Under the pieces are notes generated by a model. The model did no database searches. It had not been told where the DNA came from and saw nothing but the letters and a program-made list of their open reading frames with translations. From contig CAZBJI010000014.1 of the NCBI GenBank assembly GCA_964492175.1, positions 301 to 52,830 of the forward strand: 52,530 nucleotides of DNA. The letters are read 5' to 3'. This DNA is from an uncultured Polyangiaceae bacterium (lineage in GTDB: Bacteria; Myxococcota_A; Polyangia; Polyangiales; Polyangiaceae). Shown here piece after piece: positions 1-9,031 of this stretch. Within the stretch, counting starts at the first letter, position 1. The number at the start of each line of letters is the position of its first letter. The translations under genes and the position numbers were made by a program.

Positions 1-949
1 AGGTCGCGGCCGACAGCGAGCTCCGGGGCAGCTCCGTGGCGGCGGCGCGCAGCTTGGTGGCGAGGTCGACGAGGTGCGCGACGTCCTCCGGGGCGGCCTC
101 GAAGACGCCGACCGCAGCGTCGTCCGCGGGCCCGACGCGCGCGGCCTTGTGGACCTTCGGCGTGCCTCCGAGCTCGACCTCGAAGTCGAACCCGCTCGGC
201 GCTCCGACCTCCGCGCGGAGCTTGAGGCTCACGAGCCCGCGGGCGTCGGAGACGTCGGTCACGGTGTGGCGCTCGAGGCGCTGCGGCTTGATCTTCACCT
301 CCTTCGAGATCCACCCCGTGACGAGCGGCGCGCGGATCTCGAGCTGGGGCGCGAGCCGGCTGACGAGGATCGGCTGCGCGAAGAGGCTGTCCTCCGGGAT
401 GGACAAGCTGACGACCCACTCGAGCCCGAAGGCTGCCTTCCCCGATTGGCTGGCCACGTACTTGCCGGCGCTTCCGAGCGAGACCCGGGTGATCCACGAC
501 GCGTCGGGGGAGTCGTGGCGGAGGAGCACCTCCTCGAGGGCCTTCGTGCACGCCACGCGCGCCGCCGCCTCCGCCGCCTCGATCTTCTGGAGATCGTCCG
601 CCAGGCGCTGGCGGATCCCCGTAGCGGCGCTCCGGTGCGTGTCTGCGACGAGCGCGAGCAGGCGGGAGGCGCAGTTCTGCGTCGGGGAGTCCTCCGCGCC
701 CTTCTCCGCGGCCCCGATCGCTCCCGACACCTCGCGGATGAAGTCCGCGAGCCGCAAGAGCTCGCCGTCGGCCTCCAGCTTGAGCGACGCGCTGCGGGCG
801 CGGCCCGCCTGGATGGACTCGTCGGTGCGCAGCGCGAACACGCTGAACGCGACCGCCTCACGAAGAAACTCGAGGAAGTTCGTCGTGAGCTGCGACGGGG
901 TGGAGTCGCCGAAGAGGTAGTGCATGGCCCGAACCGGCTCCGCGGTCAT
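1..949 (-). CDS. hypothetical protein, 3'-truncated by the window edge. It lies directly downstream of the molybdopterin oxidoreductase on the same strand.
   Basis: I translated the minus strand by hand from the ATG at 949..947 (MTAEPVRAMHYLFGDSTPSQLTTNFLEFLREAV...). The frame is open to position 1 and has strong GC3 bias. It is missing from the ORF track because no stop falls inside the window. The + strand ORFs 36..920 and 74..1009 are its out-of-frame and antisense shadows. Confidence 0.6.
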   Translation of the reverse strand, partial: MTAEPVRAMHYLFGDSTPSQLTTNFLEFLREAVAFSVFALRTDESIQAGRARSASLKLEADGELLRLADFIREVSGAIGAAEKGAEDSPTQNCASRLLALVADTHRSAATGIRQRLADDLQKIEAAEAAARVACTKALEEVLLRHDSPDASWITRVSLGSAGKYVASQSGKAAFGLEWVVSLSIPEDSLFAQPILVSRLAPQLEIRAPLVTGWISKEVKIKPQRLERHTVTDVSDARGLVSLKLRAEVGAPSGFDFEVELGGTPKVHKAARVGPADDAAVGVFEAAPEDVAHLVDLATKLRAAATELPRSSLSAAT

Positions 950-1043
950 CCTACAGCGGAGGAGCCTCTCGTCAGAACTGCTCTGCGAAAAAAGAGCGGT
1001 GCGCGATGACCCGTCGCGGCGTCGGCTCTGCGCGGCGGCGCCG

Positions 1044-3266
1044 TCAGTCTTCCGCGATCCCGGACCAGCTGGTCGTGTCCCGCGGGCCCGCCGCTGGCCT
1101 GAGGTCGACCGTGAACCCGGTGAGGTGCGCCATGCCCGAGACCTTCTCGAGCCTGTCGGGGCCGTCGGCGGCGAGCAGGTTCACGTTCACGCCAGACGTC
1201 TTGGAGGCGACGCTCAGGCCGGCCGCGCGCTGGTGTCCCCACCCGTGCGGGATCGCCACGGTCCCCTCCATCAGCTCCTTCATCCACCGCACCGGAAGGC
1301 GGATGGTCGCCGTCTCGGTCGCGACGTCCGCGAGCGCGCCGTCCGCGACGCCGAGGCGCTCACCGTCTCGGGGGTGCACGTACACGTAGTTCGTGTCGCG
1401 ATCCCCGGCGACGAACTCGGGCAAGTTGTGCGTCCACGAGTTGTGCGTCGCGACGGCGCGCTTCGTGATGAGCTTGAGGCGCGTCCGCGCGGCGCGCTCC
1501 CGAGCAAAGTCGGGCTCCAGCCTCGACCGCGCCTGCTCGAGCAGCGTCGGGGGCGCGAGGTGGACCTTGCCGTCGGCGGTGAGGACGCGCTGGCCGAGGA
1601 AGTCCTGCGGCGCGTGGTCGGCGCGGAGCAGGCCGTGGGGGCTCCCGCGGAGGAGGGCGTCGAAGCTCCCCGCCCCGGCGGCGCGGAGCAGCAGCGACAA
1701 CAGCAGCTCCTGCGGGACGCTCGGCTGCGCGCCGGGCGGCAGGCGTCGGCCGTGGAGCGCGCGCGCCGCCTCGAGCGCGATCTGCGCAGCGCGCGACCCG
1801 AAGAGCGGAGCGTCGCACGCCTTGCAGAGGTCGAGGTAGATCGTGGCCTCGTCGCGCTGCTCCCCCTCCGCGCGCGCGACGGGCCGCGTCGCCTGGAGGT
1901 AGGGCTTGGCTTGGAGCCCGAGGAAGAGCGGGAAGAGGAACGGGAGATCGGCGCGCTCGAACGGGGACGTGGCCGGCAGGACGTAGTCGGCGAGCGATCC
2001 CGTCTCGTTCTTGTAGATGTCGACCGTCACCAGGAGCTCGAGCCGTGAGAGCGCCTTGGAGAGCCGCGCTGAGTTCGGCATCGTGAGCAGGGGGTTTCCG
2101 CCGGTGACGAAGAGCGCGCGGACCTGCCCAGGCCCCTCGGTGAGGATCTCGTCCGCGAGCACCCCTCCGGGGAAGCCGTCGTTCACCGAGGGCAGGCCGC
2201 CCACGCGGGACCGATCGCGGCGGAGGAGCGCGCCCGTCCGCTTCCCGAACGCCGGGAAGTCCACGACTCCGCGCCCGACGAGCGTCCCGCCCGCTCGGTC
2301 CAGGTTCCCCGAGATGGCGTTGATGACCTCCTGGAGCCAGTAGCAGAGGGAGCCGTTCGAGCCCATGTTCACGCCGGTCGACGAGTAGAGGGCGGCGCCG
2401 TCCGCCGACACGTAGTCGTCCACGATGCGCCGCAGCGTCTCGGGCGGGACGCGCGTCACCTCGTGGGTGCGCTCCGCTGGCCACGCCCGCGCCAGCGCCG
2501 CGACCTCTTCGAGCCCGCTCATGTTCGCAGCTACCCGCGCGCGGTGGACGTGGTCCCGCCGCACGAGATCCTCCAGGAAGGACAGGTAGAAGAAGACGTC
2601 GGTGTCGGGGCGGATGAAGACGTGCTCGCCGGCGATCTTCGCGGTCTCGGTCCGCCGCGGGTCCACGACCCACACCTTGCCGCCCCGCCGCTCGATCTCC
2701 TTCAGGTGGGCCGGCGGGTTCGGCACCTGGAGGAAGCTCCACTTGGAGACCACCGGGTTGGCGCCGACGACGACGAGGCACTGCGTGCGCCGCACGTCGG
2801 GGAACGGCAGCGTGAACGGGAACCCGTACATCTCGCGCGAGACCGCGAACTTGTTCGCGCAGTCCTGCGTGGCCGAGGAGTACATGCTCCGCGAGCCCAG
2901 GCCGGTCATGAACCCCTGCGCGAAGATCGGGTGCAGCGTGGAGAAGCCCGCGGCCGTCCCCACGTACATCGCGATCGCGTCGGCGCCGTGCCGCCGCTTG
3001 ATGTCGCGGACGCGCCTGCCGATGCCCTCGAGCGCGCTGGACCACGTCACCCTCTGCCACGCCGCGCCGTCGCGCCGCTCAGGGTAGAGGAGCCGATCGG
3101 GAGAGGCGTACATCTTGTGCTGCTTCAGCCCCTTCATGCAGCCGAAGCCGCGCGTCGCCACGTGCTCCGCGTCGGGGCGCACGTCGGTCACCCGCCCGCC
3201 CTCCACGTCCACCTCGAGCCCGCAGAGCGCCTCGCAGATGCGGCAGAAGGTCGTCGTCGTGGCCAT
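1044..3266 (-). CDS. molybdopterin oxidoreductase family catalytic subunit (formate dehydrogenase / nitrate reductase-like)
   Basis: 740 aa. The N-terminus carries the Cys cluster CRICEALCG (C-x2-C-x3-C, the 4Fe-4S motif of Mo-bisPGD enzymes). The rest of the protein also matches the molybdopterin oxidoreductase domain signature (e.g. GANPVVS). GC3 bias is strong. Confidence 0.8.
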   Translation of the reverse strand: MATTTTFCRICEALCGLEVDVEGGRVTDVRPDAEHVATRGFGCMKGLKQHKMYASPDRLLYPERRDGAAWQRVTWSSALEGIGRRVRDIKRRHGADAIAMYVGTAAGFSTLHPIFAQGFMTGLGSRSMYSSATQDCANKFAVSREMYGFPFTLPFPDVRRTQCLVVVGANPVVSKWSFLQVPNPPAHLKEIERRGGKVWVVDPRRTETAKIAGEHVFIRPDTDVFFYLSFLEDLVRRDHVHRARVAANMSGLEEVAALARAWPAERTHEVTRVPPETLRRIVDDYVSADGAALYSSTGVNMGSNGSLCYWLQEVINAISGNLDRAGGTLVGRGVVDFPAFGKRTGALLRRDRSRVGGLPSVNDGFPGGVLADEILTEGPGQVRALFVTGGNPLLTMPNSARLSKALSRLELLVTVDIYKNETGSLADYVLPATSPFERADLPFLFPLFLGLQAKPYLQATRPVARAEGEQRDEATIYLDLCKACDAPLFGSRAAQIALEAARALHGRRLPPGAQPSVPQELLLSLLLRAAGAGSFDALLRGSPHGLLRADHAPQDFLGQRVLTADGKVHLAPPTLLEQARSRLEPDFARERAARTRLKLITKRAVATHNSWTHNLPEFVAGDRDTNYVYVHPRDGERLGVADGALADVATETATIRLPVRWMKELMEGTVAIPHGWGHQRAAGLSVASKTSGVNVNLLAADGPDRLEKVSGMAHLTGFTVDLRPAAGPRDTTSWSGIAED

Positions 3267-3340
3267 GCCCCACTCTAGCAGGCACCGCCCGGAGCTTTCC
3301 GCGCCGTGGAGCCCGGGACATGAGGGTAGGATGCGCCCCC

Positions 3341-5260
3341 ATGAGCGCAGCCGACACAGCGGAGCCCAAGGCGGGCGAGGGCGCGGGCTTCCCGCGCGGG
3401 ATCCCGTTCATCGTCGGCAACGAGGGGGCCGAGCGCTTCAGCTACTACGGGATGCGCGCGATCCTCTACACGTACCTCGCCGCGCTCTACGTCCAGTTCG
3501 TTCACGAGTCGGCCCTGAGCAAGGCGGAGGGCGACGCGGCCAAGGCGAAGGCGACCGCGGTCGCGCACCTCTTCATGGCGGGCGTCTACGCCTTCCCCAT
3601 GATCGGCGCCATCCTGGCCGACCGGCTCCTCGGCAAGTACCCCGTCATCCTCTGGGTCTCCACGATCTACTGCGCAGGCCACGGGGTGCTGGCGGTCGCG
3701 GGCCGGCTGGCGGAGATGGGCAACTACGGCGGCGCCGAGATCGGCATGTACGTGGGGCTCGGGCTCATCGCGGTCGGCTCCGGGGGCATCAAGCCGTGCG
3801 TCAGCGCCAACGTCGGCGACCAGTTCACGGCCTCCACCTCGCACCTGGTGACGAAGGTCTTTCAGGCATTCTACTTCATCATCAACTTCGGCTCCTTCTT
3901 CTCCACGATGATCACGCCCGCGCTCTACGCGGCCTACGGTCCGGAGGTGGCCTTCGGCGTCCCCGGCATCTTCATGGCCATCGCGACGGTGATCTTCTGG
4001 ATGGGCCGGGGGCGGTTCGTGCGCGTCCCGCCGAAGCCCGGCGGCGCCATCGGGGCGCTCGACTTCTTCTCGGCGCTTCTCTTCTTCTCTCCGGTGATCG
4101 CCATCATCGTGGCGGTGTTCGTGCAGGGCGATCACTACGCCGCGCCCAACCCCGAGGGCATGAGCAAGGCCGCGTTCTACTCGGAGTACCTCACCGGCTT
4201 CCTGGGCCACCTCGCCGCGACCTCCTGGCACTACTTCGCGATCTCGGCCGTCCTGGTCGCCGTGGGCTTCGGGCTCTTCTCCGTGCGCCAGAAGAAGCAG
4301 CAGGACGACGGGTTCCTGGCGGTCGTGGTGCACTGCTTGCGGCATCGGCGGGAGCGCAAGGAGGGCGAGGGGTTCTTCGACGTCGCGCGGGCGAAGTTCG
4401 GGGACGAGGCGGCCGAGGGGCCGCCGGCGGTGCTCCGCATCGTGCTCGTCTTCTCGATGGTGATGTTCTTCTGGGCGCTCTTCGATCAGCACGCCTCGAC
4501 CTGGGTCCAGCAAGCGAAGGAGATGAACCGCGTCCTCACGGTGCCGACCTGGATCGGGCGGTTCGTCGTCGCTGGTACCATCGCCGGCGCGCTCTACGGC
4601 GGCACCTGGCTGATGCTCTGGGTGTCGAACATCGGCATCCCCCGGATCGTGCCCAGGGTCGTGTTCGGCGTCCTCGCCGCGCTGGGGCTCGGCGCCGTCG
4701 CGCTCGACGTCATGGGCAGCGGCACCACCACGGTGGAGCTCAAGGCCTCCCAGATCCAGGCGCTCAACCCGTTGATGGTCATGATCATCATCCCGGCGCT
4801 GAACATCCTCGTCTACAAGCCGCTCGAGAACCGCGGCAAGGCGATCAAGCCGCTCCGCAAGATGGCCGTCGGCATGTTCTTGGCCGCGGCCGCGTTCGCC
4901 ATCGCGGCCGTGCTGCAGGCGCGGATCGAGGCCGCCGCGGCCGCCGGAGACAAGGTGCACGTGCTCTGGCAGGTCGCGCAGTACCTCATCATGACGACCT
5001 CGGAGGTGCTCGTCTCCGTGACGGGCCTCGAGTTCGCCTACACCCAGGCGCCCCGGCGAATGAAGTCCACGATCATGGGCTTTTGGCTCCTCGGCGTGAC
5101 GTTCGGCAACGTCCTCGTCGCGTTCCTCGCGCCGATGCAGAAGATCATGACGCTCTCTACCTTCTTCTGGGTGTTCACGGCCCTCATGGTGGGCGCGGCG
5201 GTGGTCTTCACCGTCCTCGCCTCGTTCTACAAGGGCAAGTCGTACCTCCAGAAGGCGTAG
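3341..5260 (+). CDS. POT/PTR2 family proton-dependent oligopeptide transporter
   Basis: It has the FSYYGMRAILYTYL PTR2 signature and a GGIKPCVSA motif, with about 14 predicted TM helices over roughly 640 aa. The start could be the ATG at 3320 or at 3341. It is divergent from the molybdopterin oxidoreductase. Confidence 0.85.
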   Translation: MSAADTAEPKAGEGAGFPRGIPFIVGNEGAERFSYYGMRAILYTYLAALYVQFVHESALSKAEGDAAKAKATAVAHLFMAGVYAFPMIGAILADRLLGKYPVILWVSTIYCAGHGVLAVAGRLAEMGNYGGAEIGMYVGLGLIAVGSGGIKPCVSANVGDQFTASTSHLVTKVFQAFYFIINFGSFFSTMITPALYAAYGPEVAFGVPGIFMAIATVIFWMGRGRFVRVPPKPGGAIGALDFFSALLFFSPVIAIIVAVFVQGDHYAAPNPEGMSKAAFYSEYLTGFLGHLAATSWHYFAISAVLVAVGFGLFSVRQKKQQDDGFLAVVVHCLRHRRERKEGEGFFDVARAKFGDEAAEGPPAVLRIVLVFSMVMFFWALFDQHASTWVQQAKEMNRVLTVPTWIGRFVVAGTIAGALYGGTWLMLWVSNIGIPRIVPRVVFGVLAALGLGAVALDVMGSGTTTVELKASQIQALNPLMVMIIIPALNILVYKPLENRGKAIKPLRKMAVGMFLAAAAFAIAAVLQARIEAAAAAGDKVHVLWQVAQYLIMTTSEVLVSVTGLEFAYTQAPRRMKSTIMGFWLLGVTFGNVLVAFLAPMQKIMTLSTFFWVFTALMVGAAVVFTVLASFYKGKSYLQKA

Positions 5261-5266
5261 CGGGCC

Positions 5267-6931
5267 CTACCGCTTCTTGGCCAGGGAGGCGGAGAGCTCG
5301 GTCATGTCGGCGTCTCCGCTCATCCAGTCCAGCGTGTTCTTGAAGCTGAGGAGCACCAGCGTGAGGTAGCTCTTCGCGTAGGCTCCTGCGAGCGCCGTGA
5401 GCTCCGGGTCGCCTGGGAACGGAGCGGTCATCTGGAGCTGGGGCGGCAGCGGCGCGTGGTTGCCCGCGCGCGCGAACGGGTTCGTGAGGAACTGCGAGGA
5501 GGAGACCACGAGCACCCGGCTCGGGGACTTCGACCTCACCGCGGCGCCACCTTCGGCGGGCGGAAACGCGCTCTCGATCGTGCCCTCCACCGCGATCGCG
5601 ATCGCGCGCGATGCGGCGTCGCCCTCGGTGGGCCACTCGGCCTTCGGCTTCATCGCGACCGAAGGCTTCTCCACCGAGACGGCCTTCTCCGAAGTGCGCG
5701 CGACGACGCGCACGGTGGCACCCGGCTGGCGCGCGGGTCGGGCCTCCAGGCTCGAAGGAAAGGGGAACGGCGCCGTGGGCAGCCGGAAGAAGGGCGGGAA
5801 CGAGTCGTCGAGCAGGGATCCGTCGTTCGCGGCGGGGCTGGCGAGCACCACCACCCCCGGTGTCTGCAGCACGAGGCTCGTCCCGGCGGCGGAGAGCGCG
5901 GGCGTCCGGGAGCCGAGGGCCGGATCGAGGATCGCGTCCTTCCGCATCTCGACGCCGTAGCCGGCGAGGAGCGGGCCGAGCCCGTGGAGATCGAGCGTCG
6001 CCTTCATCGCCGCGTCGTAGGCGGGGACGTTGACGGCGCTCACGTAGAACACGACCGACTTGTCCCCGAGCATCAAGAAGTCGTCGATCCTCCGGAGCTC
6101 CTTGTCCGTGTAGTCCTCCCCGGGCTGCGTGACGATCAGCGCCTTGAGGTCGCCGTCGACGGCGGCAGCGCCGGCCTGCAGGTCGACCTCCACGAGCTTG
6201 TAGGACGGGAAGTACTCGGTGAACACGGAGCCCAGGCTGAGGCCCTTCCCCTCGGCGACGAGGTTCGGATCCGAGAGCGAGAGCTCCTCCTTGTTCGTCA
6301 CGACGCCGATGCGCGTTGGACGCCCCTCGACCTGGGCCCGGAGCGTACGGATCTTCGTCGTGATGAAGAACTCGAGCCCCGCCGTGTCGTTGGGCGACCA
6401 CAGCGGGATGACCTCGCGCGCGGACCCGTAGGAGAGCACCATCCCGGAGAAGCCGACTTGCAGCGCCGAAGCGGCGTCGCCACTCCCGAGCGCCGTCTCG
6501 GTGAGGCCGAGGCCCTTCGCCGCGCGTCGCTCCTCCTCCGTCTTCGGGTGCACCATGCGCACCTTGGCGCGGCTCTTCTCGACCTTGCCCGAAGGGCCCT
6601 CGAACGTCGCATTCTCGTACTCGGCCAGCAGCGCCCCGAGGGCGTCCGCGAAGGCGTCCATCGCCGGCAGCCCCTTCGTGACGTACGCGTCGAGGTGGAG
6701 ATCGTGGGTCATCCCCTCGCAGACCAACCTGCGGGACGCGCGCGTCAGGCCCTTGGACGGCGCGCCCGGCGCCGGCGCTGCCGAGGCGCTGGCGGCCGCG
6801 CTCGGCGGGATCCCGGCCGGCGAGGCGCTCTCGGCCGGACCGCCGCGCTGCGCGTCCCCACACGCGGAGAGGCCGCAGGTCGCGAGGAGGACGGAGAGGA
6901 GCGGGCCTGCGATCCGCCGGTCGGTGGACAT
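5267..6931 (-). CDS. secreted lipoprotein, GldG-like / ABC_transp_aux-like (auxiliary component of an ABC-type gliding or uncharacterised transport system). The family assignment is tentative.
   Basis: This is the real C-terminal 555 aa of the 852-aa ORF 5267..7825. It starts MSTDRRIAGPLLSVLLATCGLSAC, a signal peptide with a lipobox. The N-terminal ~300 aa of the track ORF is an antisense shadow of the extensin-like gene. The domain call comes from overall resemblance and I cannot search it. Confidence 0.5.
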   Translation of the reverse strand: MSTDRRIAGPLLSVLLATCGLSACGDAQRGGPAESASPAGIPPSAAASASAAPAPGAPSKGLTRASRRLVCEGMTHDLHLDAYVTKGLPAMDAFADALGALLAEYENATFEGPSGKVEKSRAKVRMVHPKTEEERRAAKGLGLTETALGSGDAASALQVGFSGMVLSYGSAREVIPLWSPNDTAGLEFFITTKIRTLRAQVEGRPTRIGVVTNKEELSLSDPNLVAEGKGLSLGSVFTEYFPSYKLVEVDLQAGAAAVDGDLKALIVTQPGEDYTDKELRRIDDFLMLGDKSVVFYVSAVNVPAYDAAMKATLDLHGLGPLLAGYGVEMRKDAILDPALGSRTPALSAAGTSLVLQTPGVVVLASPAANDGSLLDDSFPPFFRLPTAPFPFPSSLEARPARQPGATVRVVARTSEKAVSVEKPSVAMKPKAEWPTEGDAASRAIAIAVEGTIESAFPPAEGGAAVRSKSPSRVLVVSSSQFLTNPFARAGNHAPLPPQLQMTAPFPGDPELTALAGAYAKSYLTLVLLSFKNTLDWMSGDADMTELSASLAKKR

Positions 6932-7021
6932 TCGCGTCGGTACCAGGACGTCTCGACGACGACAAGGTGGGGGCGACGCCCAAAAGTGGCCGCGCGGCGG
7001 TATCCGCGGTACCCGGTCGGC

Positions 7022-7867
7022 GTGCTCTTCGACCGAACGCTCGGCCGATGCGTCGCTCTCGCGTGCGCTTCCGCCCTGCTCTCCGCGTGCGCGACGGAGG
7101 CGGGCCGCGGCCCCCGCGTCGCGTCCGCGGGCGCGCGCCTCGACGACGCCGTCGCGGTCGAGGTCTCGGAGCGGTCGGCCGACGGGTCCGGGCCGCGCGA
7201 GGGAGTCGCCGCCGCCGAGCTCCCGCCGGCGACCTTCCGCGAGGCGATGCCGACGTCCTTGAGCAAGACCGCGCCCGCGATGGAGTACGCCGCGCTGAGC
7301 TCCGCCGACTGCCGGGCGGAGGTGAAGCGTCGGGACCTCGCGGTGGCGCCCGTGAAGTCCGCGCAGCGAGGCGTCGCCGCCGGGGTGCGGATCACCGGAC
7401 CGATGAACGGCGTGCGCGTCGTCACCCCACCGGCCTCGACGAAGTTCGGCGTGCTCGACTGCCGCATGGCGCTCGTCGTCGACGATTTGACCAAGCTGCT
7501 CGCGGGCGCGGGCGTCGTCCGCGTGTCGATCGACAACATCTACCGACCCAGCGCCAAGCTCCCCGGGCGCAAGAAGAGCAGCCAGCACGCGCACGGTCTC
7601 GCGCTGGACGTCACCGCGTTCGAGATCGCGGGAGGTCGTGTCCTCTCGAGCGCAGCGTGGGGGGCCTCGATCGGGGACGTACCCTGCGGGCCCGAGGCGG
7701 TGATGGCCTCCCCGACGCCGGAGTCCGTCCAAGTCCGGAACCTGGTGTGCGCGATCGGCCGGGCCGGCCTCTTCCACACCATGCTCACGCCGAGCTTCGA
7801 CGCCGCCCACCAGTCGCACTTCCACTTCGACATCAAGGGCAGGACTTCCCGCACGGCGGTACGCTGA
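7022..7867 (+). CDS. extensin-like C-terminal domain protein (lipoprotein)
   Basis: This is the C-terminal ~280 aa of track ORF 5456..7867. An in-frame GTG at 7022 gives M/VLFDRTLGRCVALACASALLSAC, a signal peptide with an LSAC lipobox. The C-terminus (LDVTAFEIAGGRVLS ... FHTMLTPSFDAAHQSHFHFDI) matches the bacterial extensin-like domain (pfam06904). The upstream part of the track ORF is antisense to the GldG-like gene. Confidence 0.6.
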   Translation: MLFDRTLGRCVALACASALLSACATEAGRGPRVASAGARLDDAVAVEVSERSADGSGPREGVAAAELPPATFREAMPTSLSKTAPAMEYAALSSADCRAEVKRRDLAVAPVKSAQRGVAAGVRITGPMNGVRVVTPPASTKFGVLDCRMALVVDDLTKLLAGAGVVRVSIDNIYRPSAKLPGRKKSSQHAHGLALDVTAFEIAGGRVLSSAAWGASIGDVPCGPEAVMASPTPESVQVRNLVCAIGRAGLFHTMLTPSFDAAHQSHFHFDIKGRTSRTAVR

Positions 7868-7942
7868 CGGCCGGAGCGTAACCGCGCCGCGTCATTCTCG
7901 TCGCCCGGCGAGGCCGTGCCCCAAACGGGCGTCCCGTTCGCG

Positions 7943-7948
7943 TAGAAT
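7943..7948 (+). promoter_or_regulatory. candidate -10 element (TAGAAT), with a GGAGG RBS at 7967..7971, upstream of the S1 protease gene
   Basis: TAGAAT sits 29 bp upstream of the ATG at 7977. GGAGG lies 5 nt before that ATG, which supports 7977 as the true start rather than 7947. No convincing -35 element is present. Confidence 0.25.
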
Positions 7949-7976
7949 GGCCGCTCGTCGCCTCCCGGAGGTCTTC

Positions 7977-9023
7977 ATGCGCCGCACGTTGCTTCTCCTC
8001 GGCTTCATCTCTGCCCTTCCGTTCGTCAGCCCAGGTTGCGCCGTGGAGGACGTCGGGGGAGGCGTCGAGGACGTCGCGCGGGGCGCAGATGCCATCATCG
8101 GAGGGACCTCGGACACGGGAAACCAGGCCGTCGTCTGGGTGTACAACGAAAACGGCGGCTCCTCGTGTAGCGGCACGATCATCGGAACGAGCGGGAGCAC
8201 GGGCTACGTGCTCACGGCGGCGCACTGTGAGGGCATGACGGTCGTCGTCCAGGCCAACGACTTCACCGACTGTTTCAACCAGGGCAACCCGGGCTGTCTC
8301 GGCGTCTGGACGGTGACCAACGACACGCCCCACCCGAGCTGGAACGGCGATCCGGGCAACGGCTACGACTTCCGCATCCTCCAGATCAGCAACGCCGCCG
8401 GCGCGCCGGTGATCCCCGCGTCCTCGAACGACGGCCTGTCGGTCGGAACCGCCGTCGAGGTGTCCGGCTTCGGGGCGACGTTCGCCGGGGATCAGAACAA
8501 CAGCCTGCGGCGTCACGTCACGGAGAACGTGGCGGAGCTCTACTCCAACGCGATCGTCGCCTACCAGAACGACGGGACGGGCTCGTGCAGCGGCGACTCG
8601 GGCGGCCCGGTCCTCTACAACGGGACCGTGGTCGGCGTGACGTCCTTCGGCGACGCGAACTGCACGCAGTACGGCGCGTACGGCCGCGTCGAGTTCGTCT
8701 ACGCGAGCTTCATCGCTCCCATCGTCGGGACGAACCCGTCGACCACCTCCTCGGGTCCGACCACGAGCAACGCGACCTCCGCCGTCGGCGTGGGCGGTGG
8801 CCCCGGGGAGGGCGGCTCCGGCGGGGACGGCGCCGGCGCTGGCGTGGACACGGTCGATCCCGACGACGACTACGAGTGGTACCCCGGGAAGCAGGACGGC
8901 AAGGACGAGGACGGCGACTCCAGCTCCTGCAGCTCGGCGGGGGGCGCAGCCGACTCGAGCCTGGTGCTCCTGGCGCTCGTGGGCCTGGCCGGGGCCCTCA
9001 AGCGGCGCGTCCGCGCGAGCTGA
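7977..9023 (+). CDS. trypsin-like serine protease (S1 family) with a MYXO-CTERM sorting signal
   Basis: Signal peptide MRRTLLLLGFISALPFVSPGCA. Catalytic His in TAAHC and catalytic Ser in GDSGGP. The C-terminus has a Gly/Ser-rich linker, then SSCSSAGG, a hydrophobic stretch LVLLALVGLAGAL and basic KRRVR. That combination is the MYXO-CTERM architecture. Confidence 0.85.
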   Translation: MRRTLLLLGFISALPFVSPGCAVEDVGGGVEDVARGADAIIGGTSDTGNQAVVWVYNENGGSSCSGTIIGTSGSTGYVLTAAHCEGMTVVVQANDFTDCFNQGNPGCLGVWTVTNDTPHPSWNGDPGNGYDFRILQISNAAGAPVIPASSNDGLSVGTAVEVSGFGATFAGDQNNSLRRHVTENVAELYSNAIVAYQNDGTGSCSGDSGGPVLYNGTVVGVTSFGDANCTQYGAYGRVEFVYASFIAPIVGTNPSTTSSGPTTSNATSAVGVGGGPGEGGSGGDGAGAGVDTVDPDDDYEWYPGKQDGKDEDGDSSSCSSAGGAADSSLVLLALVGLAGALKRRVRAS

Positions 9024-9031
9024 CGGAGCGG

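Noticed and set aside
36-1009. + strand ORFs 36..920 (294 aa, S/R/A-rich) and 74..1009 (311 aa, D/E/R/L-rich) at the window start
   Set aside because: Both are out-of-frame or antisense shadows of a real minus-strand gene (1..949, MTAEPVRAMHYLFG...) that I translated by hand. Their composition is the typical high-GC antisense signature.
1360-3060. 566-aa minus-strand ORF rich in R/P/G inside the molybdopterin oxidoreductase locus
   Set aside because: It is an alternate frame of the 740-aa oxidoreductase gene. It is low-complexity Arg/Pro-rich with no motifs, and the oxidoreductase frame carries the Cys cluster and GC3 bias.
3275-4960. 561-aa minus-strand ORF antisense to the POT transporter
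   Set aside because: It is D/E/R/H-rich antisense shadow. The plus-strand frame has the PTR2 signature and TM helices.
5456-7021. N-terminal ~520 aa of the 803-aa + ORF 5456..7867, and the N-terminal ~300 aa of the 852-aa minus ORF 5267..7825
   Set aside because: Each long ORF is a chimera. Only the part outside the other gene is real (extensin-like 7022..7867 and lipoprotein 5267..6931). The remainder is antisense read-through with D/E/R/L or R/G composition, and it precedes a clear signal peptide.
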